Source: a bacterium
GTDB taxonomy: Bacteria; Hinthialibacterota; Hinthialibacteria; Hinthialibacterales; Hinthialibacteraceae
Direction of reading: 5' to 3'
Length of the DNA: 36,818 bases
Assembly: GCA_963663405.2 (NCBI GenBank)
Contig: CAXXSM010000067.1
Location: forward strand, 1 to 36,818
Shown piece after piece: positions 1 to 8,991 of the stretch. Numbering within the stretch: the stretch's first letter is position 1; every line of letters begins with the position of its first letter. Position numbers and translations under genes: made by a program. The notes under the pieces are model-generated. The model worked only from the letters and a program-made list of their open reading frames with translations, ran no database searches and was not told where the DNA came from.

Positions 1-1779
1 CGGGAAGTGATTCTATTAGGAGATTTAGCCGGTCTGGCGCCCGAACAAGCCGTCGAAACCGCCAGACAAGGAGAAGGAATTAGTTGGCGGGTGGATTACC
101 GGATTCAAACTCGAACAGGCGAAGAACGCTGGATCGCCAACGCCGCTATTCAAGTACGGGACGAAGGAGGCCGGATCATTGGATCGTTAGGCATCCTTCA
201 AGACATCACCGAGCGGAAACGGATTGAGAAAGCGCTGCAAGAGAGCGAACGGCTTTATCGATCCGCGATCGAAGTAATGGGCGCTGTGCCCTACTATCAG
301 AATTACTTTACTATGAACTACGATTTCATCGGTCCCGGAATTGAGGTATTGACAGGATATTCGGTGGAAGAATTCACATTCGAACGTTGGAAATCACTAC
401 GAAAGGAACGAATTCTGATAGGCGATTTAGCGAACCTAGATCCTGAGACAGCCGCGGAAACAGCCAGGCAAGGAGAAGGATTCAGCTGGCGGGCGGATTA
501 TCGCATACAAACCAAGACAGGCGAAGAAAAATGGGTCGCCAACGCCGCCATCCAAGTTCGTGACGAACAGGGTAAAATCGTTGGCTCGTTGGGCACACTC
601 CAAGATATTACCGAGCGGAAACACATGGAAGACGAGTTGCTCAAAGCGAAAAAATTGGAATCCGTAGGAATTCTCGCCGGGGGGATCGCCCATGATTTTA
701 ATAATCTTCTCACGGCGATCCTTGGCAATGTTTCTCTCGCCAAAACCATGCTCTCACCTGAAGACGATGTGTTCGAACGATTGACCGAAGCGGAAAAAGC
801 ATCCTACCGCGCGCAAAAATTAACGCAGCAACTTCTCACATTCTCAAAAGGCGGAGCGCCCATCAAGCAAATTGAGAATATTTCTGAAATCGTACGGGAA
901 ACTATGATCTTTAGTTTGCGCGGTTCGAACGTCCGGTGCGAATTTGACCTTCCTGAAGACCTTTGGCTCGTTGATGTAGATAAAGGGCAATTCAGCCAAG
1001 TCATCCAAAACCTGACGATCAACGCCTATCAAGCGATGCCCGAAGGAGGAACCATCGAAGTCCGAGGGGAAAATCTAACGAATCAGAAACACGAAAACAA
1101 GTATCTTCCCACCCTGCCGGAAGGGAATTACATCAAACTAACGATTGAAGATCATGGGATTGGAATTTCCAAGGATCATCTCCAAAAGATCTTCGATCCG
1201 TACTTTACGACGAAACAAATGGGCAGCGGTTTGGGATTGGCCACGGTTTATTCGATTGTGAAAAACCACGATGGTTTGATCACGGTCCAATCACAACTGG
1301 GAAAAGGCACAATCTTCACTGTGTATCTCCCCGCGTCCACCCAGAAGAAAGTGATTTCTCCGAAACAAGAAAAGACACCGCTCCTCGAAGGCCAGGGCCG
1401 AATTCTTGTCATGGACGATGAGACAATGGTGAGAGATATCGCCGGTCAGATGCTTATCCGAATCGGTTATCGTGTGGATTTCGCTAAAGATGGAGCCGAA
1501 GCGATCACAATGTATCAAGAAGCGATGGATTCGGGAGATCCATTTCATGCCGTTATCTTAGATTTAACTATTCCTGGTGGGATGGGGGGAGAGGAAGCGG
1601 TCATGGAACTCAAACGGATCGACGCCAATGTCAAAGCGATTGTTTCCAGCGGTTATTCAGGGGATCCTGTCATGGCAAATTATCAGCAGTATGGTTTCAG
1701 CGGTGTGATATCTAAACCTTATAAAGTCGAAGAATTGGGCAAAGCAGTACAAAAAGCGCTAGGTATAAACGTTTCTTAA
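1..1779 (+). CDS. Hybrid sensor histidine kinase/response regulator (PAS-PAS-HisKA-HATPase-REC, CckA-like); 5' truncated by the window edge
   Basis: PAC motifs ending QDITERK twice, H-box GGIAHDFNNLL, N-box NLTINAYQAM, G boxes DHGIGI / FDPYFTTK / GSGLGL, C-terminal receiver (ILVMDDE...DLTIPG...SKPY). The frame is open from base 1. Confidence 0.95.
   Translation, partial: REVILLGDLAGLAPEQAVETARQGEGISWRVDYRIQTRTGEERWIANAAIQVRDEGGRIIGSLGILQDITERKRIEKALQESERLYRSAIEVMGAVPYYQNYFTMNYDFIGPGIEVLTGYSVEEFTFERWKSLRKERILIGDLANLDPETAAETARQGEGFSWRADYRIQTKTGEEKWVANAAIQVRDEQGKIVGSLGTLQDITERKHMEDELLKAKKLESVGILAGGIAHDFNNLLTAILGNVSLAKTMLSPEDDVFERLTEAEKASYRAQKLTQQLLTFSKGGAPIKQIENISEIVRETMIFSLRGSNVRCEFDLPEDLWLVDVDKGQFSQVIQNLTINAYQAMPEGGTIEVRGENLTNQKHENKYLPTLPEGNYIKLTIEDHGIGISKDHLQKIFDPYFTTKQMGSGLGLATVYSIVKNHDGLITVQSQLGKGTIFTVYLPASTQKKVISPKQEKTPLLEGQGRILVMDDETMVRDIAGQMLIRIGYRVDFAKDGAEAITMYQEAMDSGDPFHAVILDLTIPGGMGGEEAVMELKRIDANVKAIVSSGYSGDPVMANYQQYGFSGVISKPYKVEELGKAVQKALGINVS
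10..622 (+). repeat. Internal PAS-domain duplication, 402-bp (134-aa) period
   Basis: 10-220 aligns with 412-622 without gaps (ILLGDLA...QDITERK versus ILIGDLA...QDITERK). Confidence 0.85.
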
Positions 1780-1879
1780 CACCGCATAGACCAATTGGGA
1801 ATCTTGGGACGCCGCGTGATTTCCTCTCCAAACCAAGAATGGGTAGTTGACAAGAATACAGATTTACTGAAAAAAATCC

Positions 1880-1916
1880 ATTTCATTGAAATTTCATTGA
1901 AATTTTCCTATTGACA
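1880..1916 (+). promoter_or_regulatory. Tandem palindromic boxes (TTTCATTGAAA x2) followed by a TTGACA -35-like hexamer upstream of the ABC operon
   Basis: tttcattgaaa at 1881-1891 and 1892-1902, each TTTCA-t-TGAAA; TTGACA at 1911-1916. No well-spaced -10 was found. Confidence 0.45.
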
Positions 1917-1994
1917 AAACGTATAAAGGTATATTGCGATACGCTGCTTTGCAGCGCGCGCGCATCCAAATCCATCAATAAAGGCAGCGGATTG

Positions 1995-2921
1995 ATGATT
2001 CAAGTAGAAGAATTAAAGAAAAGTTACGGTGACCTGCGGGCGGTTGATGGAGTCTCCTTTCAAGTGAAGGAAGGAGAATTATTTGGATTTCTTGGGCCCA
2101 ACGGAGCCGGGAAAACGACGACTTTGTCGATGATTAATGGTTTGCTGCGTCCGGATTCCGGCGCCGTGCGCGTTTTTGACATCGACGTCTGGCAGGCGCC
2201 GGTCCAGGCGAAACGCATTATGGGACTCGCGCCGCAAGAGACCGCGCTCTATGAAGAATTCTCCGCGCGAGAGAATTTGGAGTTCTGGGGAAGCCTGTAC
2301 GGTGTCCCCCGCTCAGAACTGAAGGTAAACATTAATGAGATTCTCGAACGAGTAGGGCTCGCGGATCGCGCCAAAGAACCGGTCGCCCGTTATTCCGGTG
2401 GGATGAAACGGCGCTTGAATCTCGCCATCGGCCTTGTGCATAAACCTAAAGTGGTATTACTCGATGAACCTACGGTCGGCATTGATCCCCAAGCGCGAAA
2501 TAACATTCTAGAGGTTATCCGCGAAATCGCCCGCGCGGGAACCACCGTCCTTTTTACGACTCATCATCTGGAAGAAGCGGAGACGTTATGTGAACGCATC
2601 GCGATCATGGATCATGGCAAGATTCTTGAAACCGGCGCCGTGGATGAATTAGCCAATGTTGTCGGTGACGGCAGTATCATCACAATACATGGAAATTTCT
2701 CCCCTGCTCAAATTAAATCTGTGTTGGAACACGAATCCGCCTCGATTCTCAATCTGGCCGATGGAATCGCGACGCTCTCTCTAAAACCAAATGGGACAAA
2801 CGTCGCATCCATCATTCAAAAAGTGAGTGAAGCGGGATTGGAAATCACAGATTTATCCATCCAAAAACCCAGTCTGGAAAGCGTCTTTCTAAAACTGACG
2901 GGAAGAGAGTTGAGAGATTGA
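1995..2921 (+). CDS. ABC-2 type exporter ATP-binding protein (DrrA/LnrL-like)
   Basis: Walker A GPNGAGKTT, signature YSGGMKRR, Walker B VLLDEPT, H-loop TTHH, C-terminal SLESVFLKLTG. The ATG at 1995 (MIQVEELKKSYG) is the typical start. Confidence 0.95.
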   Translation: MIQVEELKKSYGDLRAVDGVSFQVKEGELFGFLGPNGAGKTTTLSMINGLLRPDSGAVRVFDIDVWQAPVQAKRIMGLAPQETALYEEFSARENLEFWGSLYGVPRSELKVNINEILERVGLADRAKEPVARYSGGMKRRLNLAIGLVHKPKVVLLDEPTVGIDPQARNNILEVIREIARAGTTVLFTTHHLEEAETLCERIAIMDHGKILETGAVDELANVVGDGSIITIHGNFSPAQIKSVLEHESASILNLADGIATLSLKPNGTNVASIIQKVSEAGLEITDLSIQKPSLESVFLKLTGRELRD

Positions 2922-3607
2922 ACGTAATTTGGACTCTAGTGAAAAAGGATTTACTGCGGGATTTAAAACGCCCGTGGGGAACGTTGATTTTGCTGGCGAT
3001 CCCAATCGCGATGGGCGCAATGATGGGCATGGTCTTCAATCCCAATAACGGCGCGGAACAGAACATCGTTATCCATTTGGCCATTCTCGATCAGGACGAC
3101 GATTTCTTTTCCCATATGCTCCGCTCAATGGGATCGCAGGACGATCCAGCCAATCAATTACGGCTGTATTTCGTGGATACAATCGAAGAAGGTGTCTCAC
3201 TTATAGAACAACGCAAAGTATCCGCCTTGGTGGTCTTGCCGGAAAACATGACCGCAAATCTTATTGACGGCGCGACTTGCGAGATACAACTCTATCCAAA
3301 TCCGGCGGAAAACATCCTCCCAAAAATCGTGAAACAGGGAACCGAATTGCTGGCCGCCGGTCTCTCGCAAGCGGTGGATTTAATCGGACCGGAATTAAAA
3401 CAGATCTCTAAATTCGTTGATCAAGATGAATTCCCTTCCAGCTTAGCGGTCTCCGTGATGGCGTACCAAACTATGGAACGGATCAAGAACGTCAAACAAT
3501 ATCTGATTCCCCCCATCCTCACATTCTCAAATATCGAAGCGGACGCGTATATTCCCAGCGTTTCGCAGACCATCCAAGTAAATCAGCCAGAGGAGGGTGG
3601 ATCATGA
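2918..3607 (+). CDS. ABC-2 permease, N-terminal half (TM1 plus extracytoplasmic domain)
   Basis: Starts IWTLVKKDLLRDLK, then one hydrophobic helix and a soluble loop (LAILDQD...ALVVLPEN). TTGA overlap with the ATPase stop. Confidence 0.8.
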   Translation: MNVIWTLVKKDLLRDLKRPWGTLILLAIPIAMGAMMGMVFNPNNGAEQNIVIHLAILDQDDDFFSHMLRSMGSQDDPANQLRLYFVDTIEEGVSLIEQRKVSALVVLPENMTANLIDGATCEIQLYPNPAENILPKIVKQGTELLAAGLSQAVDLIGPELKQISKFVDQDEFPSSLAVSVMAYQTMERIKNVKQYLIPPILTFSNIEADAYIPSVSQTIQVNQPEEGGS

Positions 3608-4215
3608 AAGAAGTATTTGAATTTATCTTTCCCGGTATGATGCTGATGTGGGTTTTCTTCATCGGTCAGAACGCCATGAGCGATTTTTTCACCGAACAGG
3701 CCCGGAAGACACTGCCCCGAATGCTCGCAACAACAGTAACCGTATCGCAACTCTTGATTTCCAAAATGCTGCGCTGCATGCTCTTGTGTTTAATCTCGGA
3801 AATTTTTCTGATCGTATTTACGACTTTGGTTTTTAAAATGAGCTGGGGGAATCCCCTTCTCCTGCTCGCGATCCTCTGCCTTGTCAATCTGGCGTTTACT
3901 GGAATCATATCGATGATCTACGCGCTATCGAAAACGAAAACCCAAGCGGACGCGATCAGCATATTGGTTATTCTCTTTTCCTGTTTTCTAGGCGGAAGCA
4001 TGATTCCCTACCGGGAAATGCCTGCGATTCTACAAACCTTTGCAAGTTTAACGATTGTACGCTGGGGAATCCTTGGACTCCAGACATTGATCTATTCGGA
4101 ACCATTATATGAGCTTGTGAAACCAGCGATCATTCTGTTTTGTATCGGCGTTGTGACAACCCCAATCGGCATGTGGTTCTTCAAACGGCGCATTGAATCA
4201 GGAGGTCTCTCATGA
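3604..4215 (+). CDS. ABC-2 permease, C-terminal half (about 5 TM helices)
   Basis: FIFPGMMLMWVFF...EQARKTLPRMLAT...LGGSMIP match ABC-2 membrane motifs. AGGAGG at 3591-3596 and ATGA overlap. Confidence 0.85.
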   Translation: MKEVFEFIFPGMMLMWVFFIGQNAMSDFFTEQARKTLPRMLATTVTVSQLLISKMLRCMLLCLISEIFLIVFTTLVFKMSWGNPLLLLAILCLVNLAFTGIISMIYALSKTKTQADAISILVILFSCFLGGSMIPYREMPAILQTFASLTIVRWGILGLQTLIYSEPLYELVKPAIILFCIGVVTTPIGMWFFKRRIESGGLS

Positions 4216-5357
4216 ACGCTCTCCGAATCGCCCTCTGTGATATACGCCGGATAATCAAAGACAAACAAGCCGTCATATGGCTGATCATTATGCCCATCGG
4301 CATCATTGCGATGTTTGGGAGTTTCGCCGCGAATCCACGGAATCAGAATACGTGGGTTCCTGTGGTCAATCTCGACAAACACGAACTTTCCACAATCTTT
4401 ATCGACCAATTAGAATCCGAAGGCTACTTTGTGGATATCCGCGCGGCGACGGATGAAGTGAACGTCAAGTATTGGAGCCGCGCCATCATCCTGCCCGCCA
4501 CGTTCTCGCAAGATTTATTGGCGGGAGAACCGGTCGATATCGCCTTTACCAAAGGCAAGCAGTATTCCGATCACACTCTATCGGCGCAGACCCGTCTCGC
4601 GCAGACCATTGTCAAATTCACCGGCGCCATGATCCATGTGGACCCAATCACACATGGATGGAATGAAGAGACCAAAGAAAACCTGCAAAAAGAATTGGCG
4701 AAACCACAAAAAGTCACCGTAAAAACGATCGAGCACAGCGCTCTCAGGCCTCCCCCTATAGGATACGCGTTTTCACTGCCCGGCTACTTGATCATGTTCG
4801 TCTTAATGAACAGCATCATGTATGGAGGGATTACACTGGCGGAAGAACGGGCGCAGAAACAATTTACACGCTTATCCGCCGCGCCGGTCACACCGGTGGA
4901 GATATTCATCGGAAAAGTGTTCGGGCGGTTGGTGGTTCCATTAGTTCAATCTTTAATCATTCTTGTATTCGGTTATTTCGCGTTTGGGATTACCTGGGGT
5001 GATCATCCTCTAGCGCTGGTTCCTGTATTGCTCTGCTTTTCTATTTTCGCTGGCAGTATGGGGATGTTATTTGGTTCGATCTTTAAGACCGAACAACAGA
5101 TCTCCAGCGTAGGCATCCTTCTTACAATGATACTGGCCGGACTCGGTGGTTGTTGGTGGCCGATCGAAATCGTGCCCGATACATTTAAAACCATCGCCAA
5201 GCTCACACCAACCTATTGGGGATTACAAGCCCTGCATGACGTGATGTCCTTCGGCAAGAGTTTCTCGGCCATCATTCCAGAATGTGTTGTGCTGCTTACA
5301 TTTGGACTAGGATTAATGGCCCTTTCGATTCCCTTCCTGCGGCCGGGGAAGAATTAA
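4212..5357 (+). CDS. ABC-2 permease, full length
   Basis: TM1, loop, then PGYLIMFVL...EERAQKQFTRL...GKVFG...LGGCWWPIE. GGAGG and ATGA overlap. Confidence 0.92.
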   Translation: MNALRIALCDIRRIIKDKQAVIWLIIMPIGIIAMFGSFAANPRNQNTWVPVVNLDKHELSTIFIDQLESEGYFVDIRAATDEVNVKYWSRAIILPATFSQDLLAGEPVDIAFTKGKQYSDHTLSAQTRLAQTIVKFTGAMIHVDPITHGWNEETKENLQKELAKPQKVTVKTIEHSALRPPPIGYAFSLPGYLIMFVLMNSIMYGGITLAEERAQKQFTRLSAAPVTPVEIFIGKVFGRLVVPLVQSLIILVFGYFAFGITWGDHPLALVPVLLCFSIFAGSMGMLFGSIFKTEQQISSVGILLTMILAGLGGCWWPIEIVPDTFKTIAKLTPTYWGLQALHDVMSFGKSFSAIIPECVVLLTFGLGLMALSIPFLRPGKN

Positions 5358-5360
5358 TTC

Positions 5361-5460
5361 TGTCAGAATCTGGATGCTCTGAATGTCTAGGATATTCAGG
5401 ATACTTACATAATCATTTATCCTGTTCATCCTATAAATCCTGGGAATCCTGATTCAGACA
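5361..5460. repeat. 100-bp imperfect inverted-repeat element with 9-nt internal periodicity (MITE/REPIN-like; possible terminator role)
   Basis: Arms 5361-5403 and 5418-5460 match at 32 of 43 positions as reverse complements. (C/T)AGGAT recurs every 9 nt. It begins 3 bp after the permease stop. Confidence 0.75.
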
Positions 5461-5515
5461 AAAAATAACCAACATGAACCTAGAATCACTCCTTCCGATA
5501 GTATAAAAAATACCC

Positions 5516-5968
5516 ATGAAAAACAAACAAGAAACATACAACCACGTTCTGACATCCATACAAAAATTGATCGAAGGCGAAACTGATGAAATCGCCATCA
5601 TGGCGACGATCGTCTGTGAACTCCATCACAGTTTCGACTATTTCCACTGGACCGGTTTCTACCGAGTCACGGAACCGGGGCTCCTAAAAATCGGCCCTTA
5701 CCAAGGAACGCACGGCTGTCTTCGCATCCCTTTCGACAAAGGAGTCTGTGGAGCCGCCGCCCGTACGAAGCTAACCCAACTCGTCCACGACGTAACCCAA
5801 TTCCCCGGCCACATCGCTTGCTCCTCTAAAACACAGTCCGAAATTGTGATCCCAATTCTCAATTCCGACGGGCAAACAATCGCCGTCCTGGATATTGACT
5901 CTAATCAATTAAATGCTTTTGATGAAGTTGACCGGGTGAACCTTGAGAAACTGTGCAGGAAGATTTGA
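5516..5968 (+). CDS. msrC: GAF-domain free methionine-(R)-sulfoxide reductase
   Basis: WTGFY, GPYQGTHGC, GVCGAAA, HIACS, SEIVIP and VLDIDS motifs of the fRMsr/YebR family. Confidence 0.85.
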   Translation: MKNKQETYNHVLTSIQKLIEGETDEIAIMATIVCELHHSFDYFHWTGFYRVTEPGLLKIGPYQGTHGCLRIPFDKGVCGAAARTKLTQLVHDVTQFPGHIACSSKTQSEIVIPILNSDGQTIAVLDIDSNQLNAFDEVDRVNLEKLCRKI

Positions 5969-6085
5969 ATTTTATTTTGTATCATGTCAACCAATTACGA
6001 GAATCCCAATCGTCCCTATAGCGCATGCCAAATGAAGGCTAAAGTTAACTATGAGTTTTTAAATTGAGTGAAAGGAGAATGGATC

Positions 6086-7447
6086 ATGGAGACGATTCAA
6101 GACAAATCAAGGCGTTCTTTTATAAAGAATTCAACATCAGCCACGCTTGGCGCATGCGCGAGTTTGAGTTTGTGGTCAGCGAAACCTTCCTGGGCTGGGG
6201 CGAACGACCGCGTTCGGATTGCGGTGGTTGGGATTCGGGGACATGGATTCGGAAGCCATATAAAAAGTTATCCACAACTCGAAAACGTCGAAGTCGCCGC
6301 CCTCTGCGATATCGATGAAAACATGTTTCCAGAACGAGTCGATTGGTTGAAGAAGAATGGATATCCCGCTCCGAAAACCTATGTGGATATCCGGAAACTT
6401 TTGGAAGATCCATCGATTGACGCCATCAGCGTCGCGACGCCCAATCACTGGCACGCGTTGGCGGGCGTGTGGGCCTGTCAAGCCGGGAAACACGCTCATA
6501 TTGAAAAACCATTCTGCCATAACTTATTTGAAGGTCAACAGCTGATCGCGGCGGCGCGCAAGTACAAGCGGATTGTCCATCATGGAACAGAAAGCCGCAG
6601 TTCAGACGCCTATCAGGAAGGAATGGATTTTATGAAGAAAGGGGGATTGGGGGAAGTCTATCTCGCGAAAGGGATGTGCTATAAGTGGCGGGATACGATC
6701 CAACATACGCCGGACGAGCCGGTTCCGGAAGGCGTTCATTATGATCTATGGCTTGGTCCCGCGCCCAAACGGCCGTTCTCCAAGAACCGGTTTCATTACA
6801 ACTGGCATTGGAATTGGGAGTATGGGAACGGCGACATGGGGAATCAAGGCGTTCATGAGATGGATATCGCCCGCTGGGGATTAGACGTCACGCTGCCAAC
6901 CAAGGTTATGGCGATGGGTGGGCATGTCATGTTTGACGACGATCAAACCACACCGAATGTTCTGATGGCGATGTTCGAGTTTCCTAATTCATCCGGCGGC
7001 GGAGACAAGAAGAAAATTCTGCAGTTTGAAGTACGGCACTGGGTAACAAATTATGAAGGAGGATTAGGGCAACCGCCAAGCAACAATATCGGCAACATAT
7101 TTTATGGATCGGAAGGTTATATGGTGATGGGAGGCGGCGCCTGGAAGACTTATCTAGGCCAAAAACGCGAACCAGGCCCATCCGGCAAAAGCGAAGGCTA
7201 TGCGAACATGAGCCACTATCAGAATTTCATTGACGCGATCCGCACGAACGATCCTTCCATCTTGCGGGGTAATGTGGAAGAAGGATATCGGAGTTGCGCG
7301 TTGATTCACTTGGGGAACGCTTCGTACCGGCTAGGCCGTTCACTTGCGTTCGATCCAGAAACACAACGCTGCCTGCGCGATGAGGAAGCGAACCGGATGT
7401 TAAAACGCGAATACAGGAAGCCGTTTGTTGTTCCGGATGAGGTTTAA
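6086..7447 (+). CDS. Tat-exported Gfo/Idh/MocA family oxidoreductase
   Basis: SRRSFIK twin-arginine signal, IAVVGIRGHG Rossmann start, ATPNHWH, EKP, WLGPAP, GNQGVHEMD. AGGAG lies before ATG 6086. Confidence 0.92.
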   Translation: METIQDKSRRSFIKNSTSATLGACASLSLWSAKPSWAGANDRVRIAVVGIRGHGFGSHIKSYPQLENVEVAALCDIDENMFPERVDWLKKNGYPAPKTYVDIRKLLEDPSIDAISVATPNHWHALAGVWACQAGKHAHIEKPFCHNLFEGQQLIAAARKYKRIVHHGTESRSSDAYQEGMDFMKKGGLGEVYLAKGMCYKWRDTIQHTPDEPVPEGVHYDLWLGPAPKRPFSKNRFHYNWHWNWEYGNGDMGNQGVHEMDIARWGLDVTLPTKVMAMGGHVMFDDDQTTPNVLMAMFEFPNSSGGGDKKKILQFEVRHWVTNYEGGLGQPPSNNIGNIFYGSEGYMVMGGGAWKTYLGQKREPGPSGKSEGYANMSHYQNFIDAIRTNDPSILRGNVEEGYRSCALIHLGNASYRLGRSLAFDPETQRCLRDEEANRMLKREYRKPFVVPDEV

Positions 7448-7504
7448 TAGAAGAAATTAATTGAGAATCGACGATTACCTAGACTAATCATATCTATTCT
7501 AATT

Positions 7505-8941
7505 TCACTTTGACTCTTTCTTCCAAATAGGGCCGCCTTTGTATATCTCGCCGACTGGATATTTACTGCTCGGTTTGACGGCTGTTTCCATGATTTTTTC
7601 AATCTTCTTGACGATGGCTGGGTGTTGACTGGCGATATCTTTTGTCTCACCGATATCATTTTCGAGATTATAGAGCTGGATTTTACCTTCATGGCTCCAG
7701 CGAATTCCTTTCCAATTCCCCATGCGGACCGCTTGGCCGTAGCGTTCACGGCAATGGCCATAATCCCAATATAAATACTCATGAGGGCGCTCGATTCGTC
7801 CGCCCTTGAGAGCGTTGACAATCGATATTCCATCCATATTCGCTGGGGATTCTACACCGGCCAGTTCCGCGAAGGTTGGCAGGATATCCCAAAACGCCAC
7901 AATCTCATCAGAGGTTTTCCCTGCTGGAACCGTACCCGGCCAACGCGCGATAAATGGGACACGGATACCTCCTTCGAAAAGATCGCGCTTGAAACCACGC
8001 AACGGTCCGCTGGTATGGAAAGGCTGGGGTGTTCCGCTGTGTCCTCCATTGTCACTTGTAAAAATGAATAGCGTATCATTTGTAAGACCGAGTTCTTCGA
8101 CAAGCGCCACAATCCGGCCTACATCTCGATCGAGCCGATGGATCATGGACGCATATTTCTTTGATTTTTCATCCCAATCTTTGTTGGCGTAAGGAGCGAT
8201 GGATGGAACGGTGAGTCCATCTGGATCTTCGCTTTTTGAAGAAAAATGCGGTAACGTATAAGCCGCATAGAGAAAGAACGGCGCATCTTTGTTTTTTCTG
8301 ATATATTCCAATGCGCGATCGGTCATCAAATCATGACTATAGTGTTTCCGCGATTGTGTGTTGCCTGTCAATTCAAGACGTTTTTCGTTATCGTCAAGAT
8401 ACTCGGTGTAATAATAATGCGCGTGGTCTTGGTTGAGGTAACCGAACCACATATCGAATCCCTGGTTTGTGGCGTGGCCAACCGTTCCGGCGTCTCCGAG
8501 AGACCATTTACCAATTCCTCCACATTGGTAACCGGCTTTTTTCAGTATTTCAGCTATGGTGACATCGTCTTCTTCGAGATACGTGTTGTAATGAGGGATA
8601 TTATCCCTCGCCGGAGTGTGACCGTTGTGTAAACCCGTCATCAGCACACTTCTCGAAGGCGTGCAAACCGGCCCACCCGCGTACGCTTGGGTGAACCGCA
8701 GCCCTTCAGCGGCCAATTGATCTATGTTCGGCGTCTCGATCAATTTTTGCCCATAACAACCGAGATCACCATAGCCCAGATCATCGGCCATAATGAAAAT
8801 AATATTCGGCTTACGCGCGTCCGTATTGTGTGGATTTGTAATCCCCGTATCCTTTCCAAAACATTGAATTGCTGGGATGGAAGAGAGACCTATGGAAGCG
8901 GAAGTTATACCTATGGTTTTTATAAATTTGCGGCGATTCAT
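7505..8941 (-). CDS. Tat-exported formylglycine-dependent (S1) arylsulfatase
   Basis: NRRKFIK signal, PNIIFIMADDLG, CTPSR motif, GKW, FTSDNG, EGGIRVP. Confidence 0.95.
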   Translation of the reverse strand: MNRRKFIKTIGITSASIGLSSIPAIQCFGKDTGITNPHNTDARKPNIIFIMADDLGYGDLGCYGQKLIETPNIDQLAAEGLRFTQAYAGGPVCTPSRSVLMTGLHNGHTPARDNIPHYNTYLEEDDVTIAEILKKAGYQCGGIGKWSLGDAGTVGHATNQGFDMWFGYLNQDHAHYYYTEYLDDNEKRLELTGNTQSRKHYSHDLMTDRALEYIRKNKDAPFFLYAAYTLPHFSSKSEDPDGLTVPSIAPYANKDWDEKSKKYASMIHRLDRDVGRIVALVEELGLTNDTLFIFTSDNGGHSGTPQPFHTSGPLRGFKRDLFEGGIRVPFIARWPGTVPAGKTSDEIVAFWDILPTFAELAGVESPANMDGISIVNALKGGRIERPHEYLYWDYGHCRERYGQAVRMGNWKGIRWSHEGKIQLYNLENDIGETKDIASQHPAIVKKIEKIMETAVKPSSKYPVGEIYKGGPIWKKESK

Positions 8942-8991
8942 TTAATGTTCCTTTGTACATAAGTTCAGGCGTTCGATTTATATCTATCTTT

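Noticed and set aside
1911-1994. TTG-initiated 28-aa N-terminal extension of the ABC ATPase
   Set aside because: The TTG belongs to a TTGACA promoter-like hexamer, and family homology starts at ATG 1995.
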